The notes beneath the pieces were generated by a model. It was not told the DNA's origin and made no database searches. It worked only from the letters and a program-made list of their open reading frames with translations. From Bacteroidota bacterium (GTDB lineage Bacteria > Bacteroidota > Ignavibacteria > Kapaibacteriales > UBA961): a stretch of 64,000 bases of DNA. Positions 54,289-63,236 of this stretch are shown here, piece after piece. The DNA lies in the NCBI GenBank assembly GCA_041191145.1, contig JBEEPK010000004.1, forward strand, positions 10,487 to 74,486, in the 5' to 3' direction. The position numbers and the translations under genes were made by a program. Position 1 is the stretch's first letter; each line of letters opens with the position of its first letter.

Positions 54289-54318
54289 TGCAATAATGCA
54301 CGCAGACAATCGTATATC

Positions 54319-54357
54319 GCCGCCCTCAAAGTTCATAGCTTTGACGGCGGTTTTTTA
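54319..54357 (+). terminator. rho-independent terminator after hppA
   Basis: GCCGCCCTCAAAG/CTTTGACGGCGG hairpin, followed by TTTTTT. Confidence 0.7.
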
Positions 54358-54471
54358 TTTTCATGCATGAATTCCCCCTCATTGCATGAATTTTCATTGC
54401 TTCAATCTTGGGACCATCGCAATGCAATCATTTCGGGGATTTTTTTATCACAATCATAGAGAGAGTATTCT

Positions 54472-55851
54472 ATGGATGTAACACACATACTGCTTCTGCT
54501 CCTTTTATTCATGGGAGCGTATTCCATTTGGTATTCAAATAGAACATCAAATCAACAAAAGTCCGGCGAGAGTGTTGACAAACTCATCAAGCTCGATGCG
54601 GATATCTCACGCATGGATCCACTTATTCGGGAAGAATTTGGAAGAAATCGCGAAGAGAATCAGCGTGCTCTGCGTGAGTCAAGAGAAGAACAACAAATGG
54701 CACTCGTGAATTTTGAACGAAGATTGTCCGAGAGCGCTCGTGAATTGAATGAGATGCAAAGACAGAAGTTTGAAGATTTGGTTTCCAAGCAAGAGAATAT
54801 TCGCAAAAATGCCGATGAAAAACTCTCTGAGATTCGAGATACCATGGAAATCAAATTGAGAAATCTGCAAGAAGACAATGCAAAGCAACTTGATGAAATG
54901 CGCAAAACTGTAGATGAAAAATTGCAGGAAGGATTGGAGCAAAGATTCAATCAATCATTCAAGTTGATTAGTGACAGACTTGAACAAGTACATAAAGGAC
55001 TCGGCGAAATGCAAGGACTGGCGAATGGAGTTGGTGATTTGAAGAAAGTGCTCAGTAATGTAAAAACGAGAGGTATCGTAGGTGAAATTCAACTCAGAAA
55101 TCTTCTTGAAGAATTTCTCACAAGAGATCAATTTGAAGAAAATGTCATCGTAAAACCGGATACGCAAGAGCGAGTGGAATTCGCTGTTAAATTGCCGAAT
55201 AAGAATCAAGGTGGAGAAGATATTTATGTACCCATTGATTCGAAATTTCCGATTGAAGTCTATGAGCGATTGATTGACGCATACAATGCTGTCGGTACAA
55301 TTCCACAAAAGGAATTGGATGCAGCAAGAAAAGCTTTTGCAGATGTTGTGAAAGAAAATGCAAAAACCATTTCTTCGAAATATATCAATCCTCCTATCAC
55401 GACAGATTTTGCAGTGATGTTTGTTCCTACAGAAGGTCTATATGCTGAGATACTACATTCCCCAGGTCTATTTGAGTTGCTGAGAAAGGAATATCAAATT
55501 ATTATTGTCGGACCAACAAATCTTGTTGCTTATTTGAGCAGTTTGCAAATGGGCTTCAGAACATTAGCAATTGAAAAGAGATCAAGCGAAGTTTGGCAAT
55601 TACTCGGTGCTGTGAAAAATGAATTCGGTAAATTTGGAGTCGTGCTTGAAGCCACAAGACGCAAATTGGAGTTAGCTGCGAATGAGATAGACAAAGCAGG
55701 TGTGCGTTCAAGAGCGATAGAGAAGAAGCTTCGAGATGTACAAGAATTGCCCAGCGGACAAAGTCAAGATATTTTGCAATTGCCAGCTTTCGGTGAAGCA
55801 GAAGATCAGGATTTTGATTTGACTCACCCCAATTCTGATGAGTCTGAATAA
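54472..55851 (+). CDS. rmuC: DNA recombination protein RmuC
   Basis: N-terminal TM, long coiled-coil, RmuC-like C-terminal domain. 459 aa. Confidence 0.75.
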   Translation: MDVTHILLLLLLFMGAYSIWYSNRTSNQQKSGESVDKLIKLDADISRMDPLIREEFGRNREENQRALRESREEQQMALVNFERRLSESARELNEMQRQKFEDLVSKQENIRKNADEKLSEIRDTMEIKLRNLQEDNAKQLDEMRKTVDEKLQEGLEQRFNQSFKLISDRLEQVHKGLGEMQGLANGVGDLKKVLSNVKTRGIVGEIQLRNLLEEFLTRDQFEENVIVKPDTQERVEFAVKLPNKNQGGEDIYVPIDSKFPIEVYERLIDAYNAVGTIPQKELDAARKAFADVVKENAKTISSKYINPPITTDFAVMFVPTEGLYAEILHSPGLFELLRKEYQIIIVGPTNLVAYLSSLQMGFRTLAIEKRSSEVWQLLGAVKNEFGKFGVVLEATRRKLELAANEIDKAGVRSRAIEKKLRDVQELPSGQSQDILQLPAFGEAEDQDFDLTHPNSDESE

Positions 55852-55956
55852 TCTAGTATTGAGAAGCATGGCGAGGCATTAGCTTCGCCATTGTTTTTCA
55901 GGGTGTTTTTTCTCCTAATCTGTGTAATTTACCAGTCCTAATTTTCTCTCGAAACC

Positions 55957-58077
55957 ATGGAACAACAGAATATCATCATACAAAGAGCAAAAGTGCTCGA
56001 CATCTTGCATTCTTCAGCCGAGCGATTGAAGAAGAAGCAGGGGTCTGTGATTTTTCTTTCCGGGGAAACGGGTTTTGGAAAAACCACATTATTGAGAGTA
56101 TTCGAAGATTCTTCCCAAAAACAAGATAAAGCTCTTGTTTCCATGGCATCTTGTCAGGCACCTGTAGGTACTATGCAAGTAGGTATGCTACAACCGCTTG
56201 GACCATTCTTACGCTTGATCGAAGAGTTGAAATCTTCCGAATCGGTAATGACGCCGAAGAAAAAGTTAGCAATTAATATCGGTATGACTTTGCTTACTTC
56301 TGTACCGTATTTCGGTGATTTGGTTGATGCCGTGAAAGAAATCAACCGTGATGTTCAACTATATAAAAATGAGAAAGAAAAAACTGAAGGTAAAAAAGAT
56401 GAGCAAGAGAGAAAGGATTTATACCTGGAATTTTTCAGAACATTGTCTGAATGGTCTAGTAAAAGTCCTTTGATTTTAATCCTTGATGACATGCATTGGT
56501 GTGATGCAGAATCAGCATTGCTCATTGAAAAACTAATAGAGAAGATCGATTCACTTCCCATTTTGCTTGTCATCGCATATCGAAGAAGTATTGCCGAAGA
56601 AACGCTGTCTCCATTGCTTAGTGTATTACGAATAGTCAAAGATGATGGTAAATCTTATAGGTTTTGTGAGGTGGAGGCATTTTCCAAAACAGAGGTTCAT
56701 GAATTATGCATTAGAATTCTTCCGCAATATTCCGGTAATGCTGTATTTGAATCAACTTTATTTGATAAAACATCAGGTATACCGAGTGTCGTCACTGAAT
56801 ATGTGAGATATTTTGCAAAAGTCACACCTTTCAAAGATGATGGTTCTGTCAAAGAAGAATTCACTCGTGGAGACCTTCTACCATCGAGTGTTCACGCGGC
56901 TTTCTCAAAGTTGATAGAGAATCTCAATGAAGAAGAAATTATGCTGCTTTCATTATGTGCTGCTGAGGGAGTGGAGAGTAGCGCTTTCATCATATCCAAA
57001 CTACTTAACACTGATATTGTCACTGCAATTCGAAGAATAAAAAGAGTCCAGGCAAAGACAGGTGTATTGCGTAGTCTTGGCCCGCATGAACGCTATGGCG
57101 TGAAGACCACTTTGTTTGAATTTACACAGACCTTCTATAGAGAGTATTTTGAGAAGTCTTTGGAGTATGAAGAAAAGACAGCAATTCACAGTCAAATGAT
57201 GCATGTTTTGCAAGAGCAGGCCGAAGGACTTGATGAAGTGCAAAGATCAAAGATTACACCTTATATCGTTGCACATGCAAGTGGAGCCGGCGAAAAGGAA
57301 GTTATGCAACATGGTCTGCTTGAAATCGCACAGACATCACAGCATATGTCATTGCCGAGTATGAGTGGTTTCGCACTTCAACAGTATGATGCGAATATCA
57401 AGCAATTGACATCGGTTGGTGAAGAATCGCCAATAGACATGAAGTTACAAAGAACAAGAATCGGAGCTGAACTTCGAGAAGATTTTGGAATGAGTGTTCT
57501 CACTCCGGAGCAAGTCGAGTATCGTGAAAATCACAATGATGATGAACCTGAAGAGCAATTGCATGAATCGATCAAAGCAGACTCAGCCGGAATGGAAAGA
57601 GAAATGATTACGTTATGCGATGAAGGGTCATATGAACAAGCTCTGAATCAAGGGAATGAATTTCTTGGTTTGCATGCGGGTTCAATACCAAAGCGTGATG
57701 AAGCCATGATTTCTTTATTGATGGCAAGAATTTCTCTTATTGTAGGTGAACATGAGAAGTCCGATCTTTTTCTTAAAGAAACCGACAGAATTCAAGAGAA
57801 AATTAAAGATCCAATTATTGAATGTCTGCTCGATAATGCCTATGCAACATATCATCTGGCCATGAATGAAGATGTTCCTGCTTGGAAGCATCTCCAGAAA
57901 GCGGCTCAATCAAGCGTGGATTTGGGGCGTGAATATCAATTGTTGACAATAGCCAATATCGCAAAATTGCTTTCGGGGACAAGAAAATCTGAAGCAAATA
58001 AATATAAGAAAGCCGCTCAAACTTTGGCAAAAGCACTGAATATGCCCTCGCTACAAACGTTGATTTCTTCTCTCTGA
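55957..58077 (+). CDS. AAA_16/STAND-like P-loop ATPase with C-terminal helical (TPR-like) repeats; no recognisable DNA-binding or effector domain
   Basis: Walker A GETGFGKTTLL, Walker B ILILDDMHWCD. An about 400-aa helical C-terminal region follows. Confidence 0.65.
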   Translation: MEQQNIIIQRAKVLDILHSSAERLKKKQGSVIFLSGETGFGKTTLLRVFEDSSQKQDKALVSMASCQAPVGTMQVGMLQPLGPFLRLIEELKSSESVMTPKKKLAINIGMTLLTSVPYFGDLVDAVKEINRDVQLYKNEKEKTEGKKDEQERKDLYLEFFRTLSEWSSKSPLILILDDMHWCDAESALLIEKLIEKIDSLPILLVIAYRRSIAEETLSPLLSVLRIVKDDGKSYRFCEVEAFSKTEVHELCIRILPQYSGNAVFESTLFDKTSGIPSVVTEYVRYFAKVTPFKDDGSVKEEFTRGDLLPSSVHAAFSKLIENLNEEEIMLLSLCAAEGVESSAFIISKLLNTDIVTAIRRIKRVQAKTGVLRSLGPHERYGVKTTLFEFTQTFYREYFEKSLEYEEKTAIHSQMMHVLQEQAEGLDEVQRSKITPYIVAHASGAGEKEVMQHGLLEIAQTSQHMSLPSMSGFALQQYDANIKQLTSVGEESPIDMKLQRTRIGAELREDFGMSVLTPEQVEYRENHNDDEPEEQLHESIKADSAGMEREMITLCDEGSYEQALNQGNEFLGLHAGSIPKRDEAMISLLMARISLIVGEHEKSDLFLKETDRIQEKIKDPIIECLLDNAYATYHLAMNEDVPAWKHLQKAAQSSVDLGREYQLLTIANIAKLLSGTRKSEANKYKKAAQTLAKALNMPSLQTLISSL

Positions 58078-58250
58078 TTCCTACAAAACACCGGCAAATA
58101 CCTCCATTTCCATTTTATCTTTCATATCCCTAGTGAAATCATGGCGATATGCAGATTTAATTGCCATAAAAATTACTAGATAAATTAATTGCTTGACATA
58201 ATGTATTTATGATTGCACATAAGGAAAAACTTTCGTTTTTTTGTAGCATC

Positions 58251-58318
58251 TTAGTGGGAGAAAGTGGGGGATGTTTGAAATGTTCAGCAATTGCATTTGA
58301 TCGTGGAGGGAAGCCATT
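58251..58318 (+). promoter_or_regulatory. distal GTGGG direct-repeat array (MraZ-box-like), copy 1
   Basis: GTGGGAGAAAGTGGGGGATG (GTGGG at 58254 and 58264, 10-bp period) ... GTGGAGGGAAGCCATT. It is paralogous to the proximal array. Confidence 0.5.
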
Positions 58319-58693
58319 ATCAGATGTTTAGCCGGAATTCCTTGATATAAGGCATGCAGCAGCCATGAGGAAGTTCTTTGGGATTACAATTCTGGTCAAC
58401 AAGAAGTCGAGATTACGCTGAACAAACAACATCCCCTTTCCCATAATCTTTAGAATCACACACCTTAACAATAGACCTTTTTCCGTAAATCGTTTAAAAT
58501 CATCCATTTGTATCCATATGGTGCAAAATGGCGATTGGAAACTTTTGTATGATTTGGGCTTAATAAAATAACGGCAATAAAATCTTATCAAAATATCATT
58601 ATTCTGGTATTATCGTTGATTTAATGAAAAAGATGGCAAAACAAGAAAAAACAATTGGTTAAGTCATCTTGATTTGTGAGTTTTGTGTGAAAA

Positions 58694-58762
58694 TTGTGGG
58701 TGAAAGTGGGGAATGTGAAACAGGAATAGCATACTGTGGGAGAAAATGGAGGGAAGCCATTT
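58694..58762 (+). promoter_or_regulatory. proximal GTGGG direct-repeat array (putative MraZ operator/mraZ promoter), copy 2
   Basis: GTGGG at 58696, 58706 and 58736, plus TGGAGGG at 58747 (GTGGGTGAAAGTGGGGAATGTG...CTGTGGGAGAAAATGGAGGGAAGCCATT). It lies about 125-190 bp upstream of the mraZ start. MraZ is known to bind 10-bp-periodic TGGGN repeats. Confidence 0.55.
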
Positions 58763-58887
58763 TCTTTTCAGGCATAAATCAATCAAATGGCATGCAGCGA
58801 TATGAGGGAGCCGAATTTGATTTATGCGCATTCGATTCCTGTCAGCATTCCCTTGAAGGCCCAATCATCAATTGCATATAACAATCA

Positions 58888-59343
58888 ATGGCTTTTTACA
58901 AAGGACAAGAAACATATTCGGTTGACTCCAAGGGTCGATTGAATATCCCTGCAAAGATGCGGAGGGCTTTGTCTCCTGAGGCACTGAATACATTCGTGCT
59001 TACTCGAGGCTCAGACCGCTGTGTTGCTGCATATCCTTTGGATGAGTGGCGTCGTTATGAGCTTGAATATGCGAAGCTCAATCAATATGATGAACAAAGC
59101 AGATTCTTTCTCCGCACGGTATTGGCATGGAGTGAGGAAGTGGAATTGGATGGTCAGCAGCGAATCATGGTGCCAAAAAAATACCTTGATTTTGCAGGTA
59201 TTGATGGAAAGGTTGTGATAGTCGGTATGATTGATCATATCGAATTGTGGCAACCCGATGAATTTGAGATATATCTCTCAAAATCTGAAGCAAGTTATGA
59301 GCAGGTTGCTTCACAGGTGATGCAGCGTCCGAATGGGCAGTAA
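58888..59343 (+). CDS. mraZ: transcriptional regulator MraZ
   Basis: 151 aa; duplicated MraZ/SpoVT-AbrB halves (YSVDSKGRLNIPAKMRRAL ... DGQQRIMVPKKYLD). Confidence 0.85.
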   Translation: MAFYKGQETYSVDSKGRLNIPAKMRRALSPEALNTFVLTRGSDRCVAAYPLDEWRRYELEYAKLNQYDEQSRFFLRTVLAWSEEVELDGQQRIMVPKKYLDFAGIDGKVVIVGMIDHIELWQPDEFEIYLSKSEASYEQVASQVMQRPNGQ

Positions 59344-60301
59344 AAAGCAATACAAATCCAAGCGCAGACCAAGAGTCGCCGACAATCCCGAATTGCAAGA
59401 ATATGATTATCACTTGCCGGTGATGTTGAAGGAATGTTTGGATGGGCTAATGGTTCTTGGAGACTCAGGAACATATATCGATGGAACTCTGGGTGGTGGA
59501 GGTCATACCGCAGAGATTCTTGCCCGGCTGGATGAAACAGGTGTATTGATTTCTTATGATGCAGATCCTGATGCAATTGCGCATTGCAGAGAGAAATTTG
59601 CGGAGATGCTTGAGGAATCGCCATCGAAACTTTCATTGCAACAAATGAATTTTGTTTCAATGATTGAAGATGAAATACAAAATGATTCAATCTCCGGTGT
59701 CTTATTGGATCTTGGAGTATCATCAAGACAGTTGGACAAGGGGCAAAGAGGAATCAGTTATAGATTCAATACGAAATTAGATATGCGATTCGGACCGCAT
59801 GGACAAACTGCGGAAGAATTGCTGAACACAGTTGAGGAGGGTCAACTCCACCATATTCTGCGAGGTTTCGGGGAAGAGCCTTTTGCAAGAATAATCGCAC
59901 GGCGGATCATTGAGCGCCGCCGTGCGGCTCCTCTGCAATCAACATATGATTTGCGACATATAATTGAAGAATGCGTCCCGCCTCATATGGCATCGAAATC
60001 ACTGGCAAGAGTGTTTCAGGCACTTCGAATAGCTGTGAATGGAGAATTGGATGTACTCGAGAAAACCATCAGAGGAATCATTCCAAAGTTGAAAAAAGGC
60101 GGACGAATTGTTATTATGTCCTATCACTCATTAGAAGACAGAATTGTAAAGCATGTCTTCAAAGAATTGGCATCGAAACAGGATGATGCCATTCCGTCAA
60201 TAAAAATCCTCACCAATAAGCCGATTGAAGCCACAGATGAGGAAATTGCAAGAAATCCAAGAGCACGAACTGCTAAATTGCGAATTGCCGAAAAGTGCTG
60301 A
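59333..60301 (+). CDS. rsmH: 16S rRNA (cytosine1402-N4)-methyltransferase RsmH
   Basis: HLPVMLKECLDGL...YIDGTLGGGGHT is the MraW/RsmH N-terminal signature. 11-nt overlap with mraZ. Confidence 0.85.
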   Translation: MGSKKQYKSKRRPRVADNPELQEYDYHLPVMLKECLDGLMVLGDSGTYIDGTLGGGGHTAEILARLDETGVLISYDADPDAIAHCREKFAEMLEESPSKLSLQQMNFVSMIEDEIQNDSISGVLLDLGVSSRQLDKGQRGISYRFNTKLDMRFGPHGQTAEELLNTVEEGQLHHILRGFGEEPFARIIARRIIERRRAAPLQSTYDLRHIIEECVPPHMASKSLARVFQALRIAVNGELDVLEKTIRGIIPKLKKGGRIVIMSYHSLEDRIVKHVFKELASKQDDAIPSIKILTNKPIEATDEEIARNPRARTAKLRIAEKC

Positions 60302-60368
60302 CTTATCCCTTCTGAGCAAATTGCTTTTGCTATATTGCCATATATTATCACCAATACAAAAGAAAATC

Positions 60369-62564
60369 ATGCAATTTAAAAGACTCCTTTTTGCACTTGC
60401 AACACTATGCTTTATGCATTCTGTTGCTTCTTCAAATGATGTCAAATCCGTGCAAGACATAGCCGTGATATCGCCCGATTCATTGTCGATACCATCATAT
60501 CTCTCAAAGCACTTTGGTGATACCGTGATTATAAGAGGGAAGGCAGGGAATAATGTATTGATTAATGCTACCGGTGGCGACAGAAGGCCGATCATGCTCG
60601 TGGGTAAGAGTTGGTTGACATATATTTCGGGAGCTGATTCAAGCATCGAACCAAAAGCCGGAATTGCAATTTTTCAAAGAGACACAAATATTCGCACAAC
60701 GCAATTTGATAAAATCAAAACAGGTGATATCATTGAATGTACGGCGATTGTGACAAATCTTCCATATGAATTGGAGGATTTTAATCAACAAAGAAGAGCA
60801 TTGCCGGCACTGGAATTACTTACTTCAACACCTGTAAAAACCATTTCCAAAAATTCAGAAATGGATATTGTACCAGTTTTAAATGTATCAGATTTTTACA
60901 CCGGTACGAGAGCAAGAAATCCGAAAACCTCAGCAAGTAGTTATGCAGGAAGAAAAGTAAGATTTGATTCCGTTGTGATAAGTTCTACAAGTCCTGTGAT
61001 TATGTTTTCTGATGGTAAAGGAAATGAAATTCCAATGTCAGATCAATCTGGAAACTTTACCACAAAGAATCATTTCATTGAAGAATCTCAATTTGCGAAT
61101 TATACAGTAGGACAAAAGATTTTTCAAGTGGAAGGATTTATCACCACATCATTTACATCAGGTGGTGGAGGTGGAGGTCAAGGTGGTGGATCACAATTAT
61201 ATACATATGCAATTGCACCTGCTTTGCAAAAAGATGTTATTGCCGGACCCAAACCTGCGATCATAAGTTTGGTTATGCAAAGACCAGCAAAGCTCTTTCC
61301 ATCATCAAAGGACAAGATTGAGATTATCTATGATGTTTTAAGTGGTACGCATCTTGTCACCATGGAAAATATAGCACTGAATGTCTCAATTGATGGTGGT
61401 TTAACTTACAAGAAATATCCTGCCGAAGAGGATCTTACAGGAAGTTGGATTGGAAATATACCCGCTCAAGCAGCCGGGACAATCGTTCGTTATCACATAT
61501 CCGCAATTGATGAAAAAGGTAATTTGTATCGCCTGCCTGTATCAACCGATTATTTCTATAAAGTTGTTGATACATATCCATCCATCGCAGATGTGAAAAT
61601 GCCTGATACTATTGATGCAATTCGCAATATGAATGGCGCATCCGTGACAATAGAAGGAATTGTCATGTGTGATTCTTCTGATATTTTTGGTGATAGATTT
61701 CAGAATCAGGCAAGAGCAGTTGTACAAGATGGAATTGGTGCATATTCTGGTGCAACATTTTACAGACAAGGTAGTAATTCCAGAGCGATGCAATTGAAGC
61801 GTGGACAAAAAGTACGTCTCATATCCAGATTGCAGGAATTCAGTGGAGTTGTGTTTTTTGGCAATATTGATTCTATAGAAGTCTTGGGTAATGAAACACC
61901 ATATGCACCGGTAAAACTGAAAACTTCAGATTTCACAACAAATTCGGGTGGAATTGAGGGATCAGACAAATGGCGAGATATGCTTGTTGAATTTAACAAT
62001 GTTGTGATTGGAACAATTGAGCCATCTGCACCGCAATCAACAGGAGAATTTATTATTGTTGATGAAGCATCACAGCAAGATATGACTCAAGGAATTCGCC
62101 TTGAAACAGATGAAAGTAAATTGAAATATACTACCAGAGACAGTATTGTGTCAGTGACAAATAGAGTAAAGCCAACGATTGGTGAAAAAGTTGATTTTGT
62201 TCGGGGCATCATTGGTGCTGATTTTCGTACAAGACGCTATAAACTTGTTCCAAGATTTGACAGAGATTTTAGCATTGTAACTTCAGTCAATGAACAAATC
62301 AATCTTAATAATGGATTGTCATTGTTCCCCAATCCCGCTTCTGAAAGTGCATTCTTATCACATCAATCAAATAGCTCTGAAGTGATATCAATTCGCATAG
62401 CTGACATGATTACAGGAAGAGTTCTAAAAACAATGCAAAAGTCAGCCACTTCTGATATGCAACTAATTGAATTTGGTACACATGATTTGCCGTGTGGAGT
62501 CTATTCAGTAAATGTTCAACAAGGAATGAATGTTTCTATCATTCCATTGACAGTGAAACATTAA
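60369..62564 (+). CDS. secreted protein with poly-Gly linker, OB-fold-like domains and T9SS C-terminal sorting domain
   Basis: Signal peptide (start at MQFKRLLFALATLCF, ATG 60369). GGGGGGQGGG linker. Repeated (V)TIEG(I/F)V..D...F.QD..G-type OB-fold-like blocks. The C-terminal about 80 aa is Por_Secre_tail-like (ends ...SVNVQQGMNVSIIPLTVKH). Confidence 0.6.
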   Translation: MQFKRLLFALATLCFMHSVASSNDVKSVQDIAVISPDSLSIPSYLSKHFGDTVIIRGKAGNNVLINATGGDRRPIMLVGKSWLTYISGADSSIEPKAGIAIFQRDTNIRTTQFDKIKTGDIIECTAIVTNLPYELEDFNQQRRALPALELLTSTPVKTISKNSEMDIVPVLNVSDFYTGTRARNPKTSASSYAGRKVRFDSVVISSTSPVIMFSDGKGNEIPMSDQSGNFTTKNHFIEESQFANYTVGQKIFQVEGFITTSFTSGGGGGGQGGGSQLYTYAIAPALQKDVIAGPKPAIISLVMQRPAKLFPSSKDKIEIIYDVLSGTHLVTMENIALNVSIDGGLTYKKYPAEEDLTGSWIGNIPAQAAGTIVRYHISAIDEKGNLYRLPVSTDYFYKVVDTYPSIADVKMPDTIDAIRNMNGASVTIEGIVMCDSSDIFGDRFQNQARAVVQDGIGAYSGATFYRQGSNSRAMQLKRGQKVRLISRLQEFSGVVFFGNIDSIEVLGNETPYAPVKLKTSDFTTNSGGIEGSDKWRDMLVEFNNVVIGTIEPSAPQSTGEFIIVDEASQQDMTQGIRLETDESKLKYTTRDSIVSVTNRVKPTIGEKVDFVRGIIGADFRTRRYKLVPRFDRDFSIVTSVNEQINLNNGLSLFPNPASESAFLSHQSNSSEVISIRIADMITGRVLKTMQKSATSDMQLIEFGTHDLPCGVYSVNVQQGMNVSIIPLTVKH

Positions 62565-62567
62565 TAT

Positions 62568-63236
62568 TTGACAAATATGAAACATCCCGTCATCATTGCT
62601 CCATCGCTTCTTTCTTCAGATTTTTCTCAATTGGAATCTGAGGTGAAGCGATGTGCACAAGCAGGTGCAGATATCTTGCATGTGGATGTCATGGATGGAC
62701 ATTTTGTACCAAATATCACGATTGGTCCACTCATCGTTGAGGCCATCAGGCCGCATACATCACTTCCACTGGATTGTCATCTTATGGTAAGCAATCCGGA
62801 TGCATATATACCTGCTTTTGCAAAGGCCGGTGCAGATTGGATATCAGTTCATGTTGAGGCATGCACGCATTTGCATCGTTCAATTGCGCTCATCAAAGAT
62901 CATGGCAAAAGAGCGGGAGTAGTGCTCAATCCCATAACTCCGATTGAGTATGCATTTGAAGCTGCGCCATTCGTTGATTTTATATTATTGATGTCGGTCA
63001 ATCCGGGATTTGGGGGACAGGCCTTTATTCCACATGTTCTGAATAAGGCAAGAAGACTGCGCAAGTATCTTGATGATTCAGGTTATGAGCATGTTGAAAT
63101 CGAAATTGATGGCGGTGTGAAGACTGACAATGTGAAAGAGGTTATTGATGCCGGTGTAAATATTATTGTCAGTGGATCCGGTTTATTCTCAGGGGATATG
63201 GCTTCGAATATTGCCATCATGAAATCTTATGGTTGA
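62568..63236 (+). CDS. rpe: ribulose-phosphate 3-epimerase
   Basis: IAPSLLSSDFSQL...HVDVMDGHFVPN...DGG are classic Rpe motifs. Confidence 0.85.
   Translation: MTNMKHPVIIAPSLLSSDFSQLESEVKRCAQAGADILHVDVMDGHFVPNITIGPLIVEAIRPHTSLPLDCHLMVSNPDAYIPAFAKAGADWISVHVEACTHLHRSIALIKDHGKRAGVVLNPITPIEYAFEAAPFVDFILLMSVNPGFGGQAFIPHVLNKARRLRKYLDDSGYEHVEIEIDGGVKTDNVKEVIDAGVNIIVSGSGLFSGDMASNIAIMKSYG

Noticed and set aside
58328-58881. ORFs 58328-58591 (minus), 58664-58864 (minus), 58669-58881 (plus) in the mraZ leader
   Set aside because: Low-complexity or Cys-odd translations with no ribosome-binding context. They overlap the GTGGG repeat arrays and are more likely regulatory DNA than genes.
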